Source of the DNA: Octopus sinensis
Taxonomy: Eukaryota
Direction of reading: 5' to 3'
DNA length: 64,000 bases
NCBI RefSeq assembly: GCF_006345805.1
Contig: NC_043013.1
Span: 26,846,001-26,910,000 of the forward strand
Made by a program: the position numbers and the translations under genes. Below are positions 37,097 to 49,433 of the stretch, piece by piece; within the stretch, counting starts at the first letter, position 1; the number at the start of each line of letters is the position of its first letter. Under the pieces are notes generated by a model, which was not told where the DNA came from, made no database searches, and worked only from the letters and a program-made list of their open reading frames with translations.

Positions 37097-37410
37097 GTGT
37101 GGCTTAGCGGTTAGGGTATCCTGCTTATGATTATAAGGTTGTGAGGTCAATTCCCAGCAGTGCATTCTGCCCTTGAGCAAGACATTTTATTTCACATTGC
37201 TCCAGTCCATTCAACTGACAAAAATGAGGTGTACCAGTAATTTAAAGGGCCAGCCTTGTTACATTCTGTGTCACACTGAATCTCCCTGAGAACTACATTA
37301 AGTGTATGTATATCTGTGGAGTACTCAGCCACTTGCAGATTAATTTCCCGAGCAGGATGTTCCGTTGATCGGATCAACTGGAACCCTCATTGTCATAATC
37401 AATGGAGTGC
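37097..37410 (+). mobile_element. SINE-D head with a different 3' module
   Basis: GTGTGGCTTAGCGGTTAGGG...CCTTGAGCAAGACA...TCACATTGCTCCAGTCCA. Confidence 0.75.
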
Positions 37411-37744
37411 CAGGTTTTTGGGGTTTTTTTTTTATATGACAGAGTGACAAGCTGCACTGGTCCCTTTATCATACATCAGTCTTTAAACACTCACCTAAAA
37501 TCTCTTAAGTCTGCTTATAACAACCTTAGTTCCTTTCATTACCTCTGGTGTCAACAACCTAAGTACCAGCTACGTACTGAGGGAGGGGGTTTCAATTCAA
37601 TCAACTCTAACCCTTCCCTGTAAATATGTGGTTTCCATACCAGTGAAAAGAAAAATCAATTTTCTTCAGCACTTTCCACCAATTAAAATTAAAATTGATT
37701 AATGACTTTCAATCGGAATGTCAAACATGACACCCCACTCTCTC

Positions 37745-37837
<93 letters not shown>

Positions 37838-38143
37838 TTGTCACTCTCTATCTTTCCCTTCTGACTCTTGAAAATCTTGCTATATCGTGTTAAGAAGTTC
37901 ACCAGAAAACTGCTAAAATATCTTGATGTGTATTTCGTTGTTCTTGCTGTTGGTGGTGGTAGCAGTGGCAGTGGGGATAGTGGTAGGGGTATGGTGCTAC
38001 TGCTGCTGGTAATGAAGAAAGAAAGGTAGCGATAGAGGAAGTGCGGAGGTGGTAATGGTAATGGTATAATGGTGATTTGTTGTTGTTATATAATGGTGGA
38101 GGTGGGATGGTAGTGATGATGTGGTGTGGTCATGGTCAGGTTC

Positions 38144-38204
<61 letters not shown>

Positions 38205-38307
38205 GTAGCACTTAGTTGAGAATAGCACATTACAAAGTTATAATCAAAAATGGTTTCTTGATATTAATAGAAATCTAACATCAGATTTAATATCAACACA
38301 TGCCAGA

Positions 38308-38338
38308 AATAATAATAATGATGATAATGATGATGATG

Positions 38339-38415
<77 letters not shown>

Positions 38416-38434
38416 GATGATGATAATAATAATG

Positions 38435-38489
<55 letters not shown>
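38308..38489. repeat. (AAT)n/(GAT)n microsatellite
   Basis: Directly visible. Confidence 0.97.
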
Positions 38490-38490
<1 letters not shown>

Positions 38491-39018
38491 TCTCATGGCT
38501 TCTGATCTTAACTGATTGGAAGTGTTATCATGTACATTGTTTTGTCTTGGTATAAAAGATGGGCTACAGCAAATATTCTGCTCAATACCACAGATTTGCT
38601 TGTCAGTTGTTTGACCTTAACCAGTTGAGCATGTCCCTTAGTGGCTGACGATATGTGCATCTCTGATCACGAGCAGAAGTAGTGGGAGAGCATCATAGCC
38701 ATGTGTTGAGAGGGAGTCTTTGGGGTTTGAATAATTCACCTCTGGAAACATGGGTGGTTCTTTCAACATCCTTAAACAACCCTTATTCAGGGACCTTTTC
38801 AGCGGGATGGGCTACTCAACCTGAAGAAAATTCTAACTGGGCCCCACCTGCAAGGTCATGTGCTGTTTATCTTGATATGAGATCACCATGTCGCGCACAT
38901 ATGGTTGTGATGCATGTGCCTGGTGTACCCTTATCAGACGGGTAGTCATGATGGGTATATTGGGCTTCGTATATTTTACCCCAGTGTCACTTTGATGGCA
39001 TGCACTGCTCTCTCACTC
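38490..39018 (+). mobile_element. Non-coding TAA-flanked element, copy 2 (about 30 bp shorter at the 5' end)
   Basis: Inverted near-identical match to 29794-30320; ends CTCTCTCACTC followed by (AAT)n. Confidence 0.85.
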
Positions 39019-39032
39019 AATAATAATAATAA

Positions 39033-39063
<31 letters not shown>

Positions 39064-39120
39064 AAGAAGAAGAAGAACAACAACAACAACAACAACAACA
39101 ACAAAAATTAAAATAATAAA

Positions 39121-39153
<33 letters not shown>

Positions 39154-39240
39154 AAGAAGAAGAAGAAGAAGAACAACAACAACAACAACAACAAAAATGA
39201 AAATAATAAAGATGATGATAATAATAATAATGAATCAGTG
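39019..39240. repeat. Compound (AAT)(AAG)(AAC)(GAT) microsatellite, duplicated as a unit of about 90 bp
   Basis: AAAAT[T/G]AAAATAATAAAGATGATG occurs twice. Confidence 0.9.
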
Positions 39241-41729
39241 AGTCCATGGCAATTATTTTGTGGGGAAGCGTTGTTTACACGAAATCTCATTTGCCTCTGA
39301 TTTTAACAGAATTAGAGCCTCTATTCTAATTAAATGCTTTTATTTAATATTATTATTACTTTATTTCATTTCATTTAAATTCTATTTTTTTAATTTTAAA
39401 TTTTTACCTTATTTAGCCATTTTTTTTTTTGCTATTTTTTTTTTTTGCATTTGATTCAAATACCAGAGAGAAATGTCATTTAAAGACATGTACTGTCAAA
39501 GAATATTTAGAAGGCGCTATCAATTTAACCAGTTTTGTAAACCAGCAATGCTTCTAGCTATCTGCGTATGAATATTCTTTGTGAAGCTCATTTCAATGAT
39601 AGAAAGGTAAAATTTCATAAGCATCTCTGCAAATACTATAAGCTAATTTACATTAGGTAGACATAATACCGAAGTGCCAGAGTAATGTGGTTGGTTTGGT
39701 TGACAAATTTGCTCTAAATTTTATGTCACCTGAATGTCTGAATGTCTAATGTGAAGGAGAATATATTGACTTAATTCTCTTTTAATATCACAATTAACAT
39801 GCAACAAGAGAGCTTCTGCATGGTAGAGATGTTGCAGCCAAAATCTTTCTTAAATTAAGGTCCACCATTCAGGGAAAAATACCATGAGTTTCTGTCTCTG
39901 TTGTGTTATGGTGTAGATATGGTGGTGATTGTGACTTAATACCCCTGAGAGTTATGCAGATAGAGTACAAGGTCCTAGTAGGGCCTCTCATGCTGGACAG
40001 GTCAAAGGACAGAGGCAAGACTAAAATGGACTACCATTTCCCAAGGGTAAAATTGGATGAGCATAGGACCTAGAATCCTACTGGCAAAGTTACAGAAGCA
40101 AAGTTACAGAATCAGTGATGATAATTCAAAACCAACGAGACATGGCAGAGGAAGGCCTTCCCTCAGGGGGATTGTATGCATGTCTGTATGAATGTAAGCA
40201 TGTTGATATGTATGTGTGTATGTGCATGCACACACACACATACACACATTTATACACATGTATATACATACACATGTATATACATTGATGCAGTGCAACA
40301 ATATCTGAAGAGAGGCAGAGTTGCAAAAGGAAGGATCTGACCAGAGAAAAGAAGAAAATACAGTTATTTGATTACAGTAAAAAAAATGTCACTGGTCAAT
40401 GCTCCATAGGGATCAAAGGGCTTGACCCTACCTATGTTGGAAAAAGAAGAAGACACACAAAGAATGGTAGCGATAGAGGAAGTGCGGAGGTGGTAATGGT
40501 ATAATGGTGATTTGTTGTTGTTATATAATGGTGGAGGTGGGATGGTAATGATGTGGTGTGGTCATGGTCAGGTTCCTGCTGCTGCTGCTGCTGCATCACC
40601 CTTTAACATCTGCATTTCATACTGACAGGATCCAATCAGGCCAAGGACTGTTTCATGCTCCAGTGTCTGCTTTGCTAGATGCCTTCTTAATACCATCAAC
40701 TTTAAAGAAAGTACTTGGTGGGTTTATTTATTATTTTTTTTTTAGGGTGGGGTGGCCACCAACATTAGTGGAGGTTACCATGCAGCATGCAGGACTACAA
40801 AAATCCCAGTGGAGGATGGAAGGCAGAAATTATGCAAGAACACGAGGGTATAAAGTATAGAAAGAAGGAAGGAGAAAGGGACAGGCAAATTCTTTTAGAG
40901 ATACCCACTCTAAAAGACAAGTTAGCCCTGGTTCAAATATTTTCCACCATGTTACTACTCCAGGTTGATTGACTTCAAGCTAAACAACATTTTGCAAATT
41001 ATAAAAATGATTTCATGCCTTGATTTAAGCTTCAGTTGAATTGCTTTAGGATATTTATTAATGTCAAACGAAATTTCCTCAGGCACATACAACTAACTAT
41101 GCTAAATTCATTTCATCCTTTAACTTGTTTTTATTTATTTTCTTTTGATTTCCTTTTTAAATCTTGAATGGTTTTCATTAATTATAATTAAAACGAAGAA
41201 AGCAAAGTATTTCAAAATCAACAATGGTTATGCAGAGATCAATGTATATATGTGCAATGTGTATGAGTGTGTATATGTGTGATTGTATGCATGTTTGTAT
41301 GACTGTAAGTATGTTGATGTGTATGTGTGTATGTGCATGCACACACACACACATACACATTTATACACATGTATATACATAGAATTTACTTTATCATTCA
41401 GTTAAGATCAACAAAAAAAAAAATACTCTAACTGTGTATTACTGCAAAGGAATGCAGGAGATGATGTTAAAACTTATGTAAATAAGTTATTTTTCATCAA
41501 ACATAACCAAGTCCAGGAACCTTTTGATACCACCTCATACTGTGTACATTAAACAGTATGTATATATATATATATACACACACACATTATACATGTATAT
41601 ATACCAAAACAAAAGACTTTCTCACCTTCCCGAGTATCAAACTAATATTCTTGTTTGTTGTTCATACACCAGTCTTCTTTTGTTTTTCAGTAAATTTCAA
41701 CTATATATATGTATATATACATATATATA

Positions 41730-41771
<42 letters not shown>

Positions 41772-41774
<3 letters not shown>

Positions 41775-41903
41775 GGTGTCCCCAAAAAAATGTATACACA
41801 TAGTGGTTCGGCAAAAGAGAACGATAGAATAAGTACTAGGCTTACAAAGAATAACAAATTTACAATTATTTAAGGTGTGTATACATTTTTTGGGGACACC
41901 CTG
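41772..41903. mobile_element. 132-bp Tc1/mariner-type MITE containing a SINE-A fragment
   Basis: TIRs CAGGGTGTCCCCAAAAAAATGTATACACA and its reverse complement; embedded in TA repeats; 41801-41853 matches the SINE-A 3' block. Confidence 0.88.
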
Positions 41904-41990
<87 letters not shown>

Positions 41991-42415
41991 TATACACATA
42001 TATATATATACACACACACATACGCACACTCACAAATATATATATATTTATATATATATACATACACAAACTCACATACATACATGCGTACATATGTGTA
42101 TCCTCTTCAGTCAAGTAAACAGGCTTCAGTCAATTTCAATCATGAGTAATCAGTTGCTCAATCAACCTAAAAAAAAACCTGCTCATTGTATTCACATATA
42201 AGTGGTTGAGTATTCCACAAATACATGTATCATAAATCTTAATTAATCCTCAGGCAAATCCACATGATACAATGTGTGACAATTTTGGACTTTTCAATTA
42301 CAGATCCACTCTATGTAACACATTTCTACACAGTTTTGTCTTGCATGCTTCAGAAGACTTGATTCAACCCAAGAATATGGCTCATTGACACTGACACAAG
42401 ATGCCGTGTTTGTGT

Positions 42416-42680
42416 GTGTGTGTGGCTTAGTGGTTAGGGTGTTGAATTCATGATTGTTAAGTTGTGATTTCCATTCCTGGACTGGGTAATGTTTTGTGTT
42501 CTTTAGCAAAACACTTCATTTCACATTGCTCCAGTCCACTCAGCCAGCAAGAGGAGTAACACCTTGTGATAGACTAGCATCCTATCCAGTGGGTAAAATG
42601 TACACCACAGAATCTGGGGAAATTGGTCTTATGGGCCAATGGTTCCAAAAAGATCTTTGACCCATTTTTCCATACATAAA
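42416..42680 (+). mobile_element. SINE-D head with a third 3' module
   Basis: TGTGGCTTAGTGGTTAGGGTG...TCACATTGCTCCAGTCCAC...GTGATAGACTAGCATCCTATCCAG. Confidence 0.72.
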
Positions 42681-42772
42681 TACATACATACATGGGTAGA
42701 TGGATGGATGGATAGATAGATAGATACATACATACATACATACATACATACATACATACATACATACATACA

Positions 42773-42805
<33 letters not shown>

Positions 42806-42846
42806 GCAGAGGAAGAGAGTCCTTCATAGATATATATACATATATA

Positions 42847-43150
42847 TTAGGGTGGAGTGAAAGAGTACTTTTTACAAATTTTTGAAATATGTTTTTGAAG
42901 ATATATTTTTTATTGTGAAATCCTTTAAAAACAACTGTGTTAAAATCTGAAGGTCATAAATTTACATCATCAGGCCCCGCAGTCCACTTGAAATTTTGAA
43001 TAATAAGTGAAAAATTAATTTATAACACGTTTGCTGTTCTTCATTTTATTTTTTTTACCTTCATTGTTAAGAATCAATTTTCTTTTGTGAAATCCTTTAA
43101 AAACAAAATCAAAAAGCATAAAAATAAACAAGCTTTTGACGGTTTTATAG
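42847..43150. mobile_element. Possible DNA transposon end fragment
   Basis: TA-TTAGGGTG start; internal direct repeat TTGTGAAATCCTTTAAAAACAA twice; no matching right TIR found. Confidence 0.3.
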
Positions 43151-43189
43151 ATATTTCAAAATTATGATGCTAGGTGTTTCTGTTATTTT

Positions 43190-43410
43190 GTCCAACCCCT
43201 GTTTCTTTGTATGTCTGTGTTTATCCCCCCACTGCCACATGACAACCGATGTTGGTGTGTTTATGTCACTGTACTTTATCAGTTTGATAAAAGAGACCGA
43301 TAGAATAAGTACTAGGCTTACAATGGATAAGTCCTGGGTTCGACTTGTTCAACTAAAGGTGGTGCTCCAGCATGGCCACAGTCAAATAACTGAACAAGTA
43401 AAAGAATATA
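43190..43410 (+). mobile_element. SINE-A 3' half
   Basis: Post-microsatellite body and tail. Confidence 0.85.
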
Positions 43411-43492
43411 GATATATATTTGTGTGTGTGTATATGTATATTTATATATATACATACATATATATATATATTTTCCTTTTTCAATTTCTCAT

Positions 43493-43530
<38 letters not shown>

Positions 43531-43534
43531 ATAT

Positions 43535-43598
<64 letters not shown>

Positions 43599-43618
43599 AT
43601 ATATATTTGCATATATAT

Positions 43619-43649
<31 letters not shown>

Positions 43650-43952
43650 TGTGTGTGTGTATGCTAGTGTATCTATAGTTAGTGAGGTAGCTTGCACTGA
43701 TAATGCAGGATGATAAATGCCAAGAAGGTCAAATTCTGAAAACTAGTAATAAATTTGTGATAAATTAGATCAGGTTTTAGAAAGATAAGCTTCATAGATG
43801 AAAGAATACTCAGCAGAGGCATACAAATATACATACATGCCTACATAACATATATATATATAGATATCACCATATACATATGTATACATACATACATACA
43901 TACATACATACATACATACATACGTACATACATACATACACACATACATACA

Positions 43953-43990
<38 letters not shown>

Positions 43991-44312
43991 TATATTATAT
44001 GTATATATATATATTATATGTGTGTGTATTCATATATTTATATATATCTATATACATAGATGTATATGTGTGCGTCTGTGTGTGTGTGTATGAGTGTCTC
44101 TCTCTCTCTCTCTGTATATATATATATATATCATTTAACGTATATATATATATATGAATATATATATATATATATATCATTTGATAGTTAGATATATTTA
44201 TCAAATGGTGATGCTGATGATGACAATGACTTTTATATATATATATATATATACATACGTATATATGTAAATAATTTTGTATTATATTTTCCTGAGTTGT
44301 ACTCAATATGAA

Positions 44313-44346
<34 letters not shown>

Positions 44347-45604
44347 TGCATGTGTATGTGTAAAATAGAGATAGACTAAGGGAGAGGGTGATTTAAATCA
44401 AACTATATCTGTGCATATATGGGCATATATGCGTGTATACATATTTGTGATTATATGTGTGTATGTATGTATACATACATGGCCTCATATATACATAACA
44501 TTGCAGATATACAGATGTGACAAATGTATCTTGGAACTGAAAAAAATAATGGACTGATGGTGATGATAGGTTTTTTTTGGTGGTGGTGGTGGTGGTGGTG
44601 GTGGTGATGAGGGTGGTAGTGTTGGTGCTGGCAGTGTTGGTGATGGTGACGACAATGAAGACGATGATGATGATGATGATGACAATATTGGTTGTTGTCA
44701 TCGTCATTGTCACCATCATCATCGTCATGGTAGTGGTGATGATGATGATAATAATGATGACGACTCTGAGAAGGAGGAAGAGGATTGATTGGGTGGGGGG
44801 AAGAATCTTAATGACAATGATGGTGGTGATGGTGGTGATGGTGGTAGCAGTCGTAGGCTCAATATAATGCATCAAATCTCTAATATTTAATGCCATTTAC
44901 CAAGGAAAGGAAAGCCAAACGAGGTACAAAATGGACATTATTTTTTAATGATATTTCTGTCAATCTATATAGAAAAATATACACAAACTCCAAATGCCTA
45001 ACTTCACTCTTTATATATCTATCAACATAAAGATTTTTATTTTTACTTCCCTGTTTCCTATCCATTTTTAGATACTTTTATGTGACAAATGAGTTCTGTC
45101 AGAGCAATTATTTTTTTTACAGCTGGATGCCCTTCCTGTCAATAACTGCTCCACAATGAAATAGAAATAGCAGTCAAATAAACTTGATGAAAGACAGTGA
45201 TGCGAAATAATTTTATTATTTTTACTTATTTTTTTGGAATAGTGGATCTCAAAGCAGATGATAAAGCTATAAATAATAACATGCAAATATTGGGTTGAAA
45301 ACTCCTTTGGAACCAAAAAAAAAAAAGGTTAAAAACAGCCATTGGACTTGGATCCACATCTGTATCCATGATGGATGTTCTACCATTGTACAAAAGCAAT
45401 CCTTGAAATTTCTTTATTCATTTTAGAAACTTTATTCTTACCAGCAAGAGTCGTATGTTGTTGACATCATAAGAATTTTCTAAACTATCACGAGAATAAG
45501 AAATAATTCTATTTTTCGCTTTGAGAAATAATTCAATTTTTTTTTTTATTGTTTTGTTTTGGAATAGTGAATCTTGAAGCACATAAAGCTATATATATCA
45601 GTAT

Positions 45605-45955
45605 CTTTTATCTTTTACTTGTTTCAGTCTACAGGTATGGTGGGACACCACCTTGAAGAATTCCTTTAGTAAATGAATTGACCCCAGAAATTTTTCCAGA
45701 TAATTATTCTATTGGTCTCCTTCTGCCGAACTGCTAACTTGGTTGTCAAGCAGTGGTGGGAAACAAACACAGACACAAGGACACACACACATGCAACAGG
45801 TTTCTTTCAGTTTCCATCTACCAAATTCACTCACTAGGCTTTGGTTGGCAGAGGCTGCTACAGTAGGAAACACTTGCCCAAGGTGCTATGCAGTGAAACT
45901 GAACACTGAACCATAGGGTTGGGAAGCAAACTTCTTACCACACAGCCATGCCTGT
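45605..45955 (-). mobile_element. SINE-A
   Basis: Reverse-complement head and tail present. Confidence 0.85.
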
Positions 45956-46004
45956 GTCTAGATTTACAGAAATATTTGTTTGAAAAACTCTTTTGGGCAG
46001 AAAA

Positions 46005-46076
46005 AGTCAAAGGTGCCTGTTGGACTTGAACCAACATCTCCTCTAAACATGACAGATTTTCTACCATTGGACCAAC
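46005..46076 (-). pseudogene. tRNA-like fragment followed by oligo-T
   Basis: D-loop-like GTCCAATGGTAG; perfect T arm GTTGG-TTCAAGT-CCAAC; 5' acceptor strand missing; anticodon ambiguous. Confidence 0.35.
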
Positions 46077-46182
46077 TTTTTTTATCCAAAAGGGTTCTCC
46101 AGCCTAATATCTATTGGCTAAATTGTAATTTAGATGGCAGGGTATTCCTCAGACATTTTTACTTTTGATATAATATTCAAGG

Positions 46183-46392
46183 CAGCGAGCTGGAAGAATC
46201 ATTAGCACACTGGGCTACTTATCAACATTTCATTTGTCTTTACATTCTGAGTTCAAATTCTACTGAGGTCGAATTTACTTTTCACTCTTTTTGGGATCAA
46301 TGAAATGGGTACCAGTTGAACACTGAGGTTGATGTAATCAACCTACCCCCTCCCCTAAAATTGCTGGCTTTGTTCCAAAATTTGAAACCAGT
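46183..46392 (+). mobile_element. SINE-B
   Basis: Head GGCAGCGAGCTGGAAGAATC. Confidence 0.85.
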
Positions 46393-47564
46393 ATAATACT
46401 CAAGCAGATTCTGTGTCACAATTTCTCTCACAATGACTCAGTTTTGCCCAAAGTTACACATGAAAAAACTTGCTCAAGGTGCCACAGAAAGACATCAAAC
46501 ATAAGATTCCATGATTGCAAAGCAAGCTTTTTAAACATTTGGCCATGCCTGTATGATCTCAGTGCCAGTTTTATAATTTCACCCAATTGGGATCGATAAA
46601 ATACGATGTAATAGACTCGTCCCTTTCCCCACAAATTGCTGCCCTTGTGGCAAAATTTGAAACCATTGTTTTTGCTTTCTTTTCTTTCATCTTTTCAGAA
46701 ACATTTCAAAAACATTCAAATATTGAAAAAAAAATGGTAGTTTGTATATTCTCAAATATTCAAGTTTGTTTCTTTTTGCTCCTCTTCTTGTTAGTGTTTA
46801 TAGTAGTGGCAGTGGCAGTGGTGGTGGTAGTTCTGGGAATGGTAGTGGCAGCGGTGATGGTGATAGTGGTAGTGTTGGTGGCAGTGGCGGTTGTGATGGC
46901 AGCAACAATGGTGATGATAGTGGTGGTTGCTGATGTTGCATTTTGCAGTTGTTGTTAGCTGTCATGGCAGTGGTGGTTATGCTGTTGTTGGTGTTGTTGT
47001 TGTTGTTGTTGTGGCTGTTGTTGCTGGCAATGTTGGTAGTGATGATGATGGTGATGGTGGCCTTGTTGCGTTGTTGCTGCTACAATTGCTGTTGCTCTTG
47101 TTATTTCTCAAATAGCAATGAATATAAAGCAGTTTAAAAGAAAGAAAGAAAGAAGAAAGAAAGAAGAAAGAAAGAAAGAAAGAAAGAAAAACAACTTAAT
47201 AAACAAAATCAATGTTTTGAATAAATAAATTTTTGAAATAGGTTTTAATTCCTCGAAAGCAAAACAACACAAAAGAATTGGTAAGTAAATTCTGTGTAAT
47301 TTATCTAAAAATTATGAAACTGTTTCAATCAGTAATTCTTAAAACTCTGGGGAAAATTCACTCCAGGGAGAAAATTGAAATGTTCCAAGGGAAATTTAGG
47401 GATTCCAGTGGGAGAATTATTTTTAGATTGGAAAATTCTTTATCCTTATTCACAGTATTTTCATTAAATTTATTTTCCTCAATGCCAGTTTTAAGGATGC
47501 TTGTGTTAAATTTGATATAAACTGTTAATGTGCTGCCATAAATTGTGTTATATACAATGACATA

Positions 47565-47716
47565 GATGTGGCTGTGTGGTAAGAAGCTTGCTTCATGACC
47601 ACATGAGGCACCTTGGGCAAGTGTATTCTACTTTACAGCCTCGGGCTGACCAAAACCTTGTGAGTGGATTTGGTAGATAAAAACTCAAAGATACCTATCG
47701 TATCTATGTATACATG

Positions 47717-47784
<68 letters not shown>

Positions 47785-48045
47785 GTTATGTGTATGTCTG
47801 TGTGTATGTGTGCGTATGTGTGTCTTTGTGTCTGTGTTTGTCCCCTACCATCACTTGAAAATTGATGTTGGTGTGTTTACATCCCCAAAACTTAGCGGTT
47901 TGGCAAAAGAGATCACTAGAATAAGTACTAGGCATACAAAGAATAAGTCCTGGGGGGTCGATTTCTTCAACTAAAAAACCCAACCCTTTAAGGGAGTGCT
48001 CCAGCATGGCCACAGTCAGATGACTGAAACAAGTAAAAGAATATA
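47565..48045 (+). mobile_element. SINE-A
   Basis: Head with small deletion, (TA)n and tail. Confidence 0.88.
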
Positions 48046-48441
48046 TATATGTCATATATAAACAAAATAGTTTGTTTTTGAAGCACTGAAATGTATTGTA
48101 GTACAAATAAAAAGATATATTTTTTTGAACGCGTAAATACCGATAGAACAACATATATAGGATAAAATCCTTACAGAAAAGAAAAATCTGTCATCAACCA
48201 GCCATGAGACTCAAACTCACATCCCTTCAATTTCTGGTCAAAGGGTTTTACCATTTAAGCTAAACTGCTTTACTGACAAATTCTCCTGCAATTTAGGATT
48301 TATAAATTCATCTTCAAGTTTCATGGCTACTTGCTGTCAGATTTTTCTGCTCCATAAGAATTTTATCCTATATATGCTGATGTATCAGTACTTATGCATT
48401 GAAAAAATATATGTTTCTACTTGTACTAATATATATATGCA

Positions 48442-48472
<31 letters not shown>

Positions 48473-48884
48473 TTGTGTGTTCATGTGAATGTCATGTTCA
48501 TGCCAGTGCCACATTGAAAGCACCCAGCATACACTGCAAAATAGTTGGCATTAGGAAGGGCATCCACCCATAGAAACTGTGCCAAATCAGACAAGATCCT
48601 GGTGCAGCTCTCAGGCTTGCCAGCTCCAGTCAAGCCATCTAGCTCATGCCACTATGGATAATGGGCATTAAAGAATGATGATGATGATGATGATGATGTG
48701 TGTGAGCATGTGTATCCCCTACCACCATTTGACAACTGGCATTAGTGTATTTATGTTCCCATAATTTAGTGGTTTGGTAAAAGAGCCGATGGAATAAGAA
48801 CACAAATGTCTTCAAGGTGGTGCCCCAGCATGGCCATAGTCTAGTGACAGAAACAAGTAAAATATAAAAGAGATATAGAAGCAA

Positions 48885-49324
48885 CAAAAAGACTGTGTAA
48901 ATGCTACATGTGGTTCATCCCCATTACTATATGTGGCAGACACATGGAGATTGATGAAAACTTTTCAGATGCAGATGGATGGAACTTGCTGAACTTCCTG
49001 TCACCAACCCTTACCTGTTTCCAAACAAGGTAATATTTTCCAATACCTGACATACCTTCAGCAAATACTGAAAATGAAGGGCATCACTCACATGACAGTG
49101 ATGCTTGTTTACAACTATCACATCATGTCAAGGCACACACACACACACACACACAGAGGTTGAACTTCTTTTAATTTCTATCAGCCAAATCTACTTACAA
49201 GGCTTTGTTCAACCTGGAGCTACAGTAGAATACACTTTTCCAAAGTGTCATACAGCAGGACTGAACCCAGAACCATGTGCTTGGGAAGTAACTTTCTTAC
49301 CACACAACCATGTTCGCACCTATG

Positions 49325-49325
<1 letters not shown>
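48885..49325 (-). mobile_element. SINE-C (SINE-A head plus RTE-type tail)
   Basis: Head GGTTGTGTGGTAAGAAAG, (TG)n, then CCTTGACATGATGTGATAGTTGTAAAC...GGGTTGGTGACAGGAAG. Confidence 0.8.
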
Positions 49326-49373
<48 letters not shown>

Positions 49374-49385
49374 ATGTGTGTGTGC

Positions 49386-49433
<48 letters not shown>

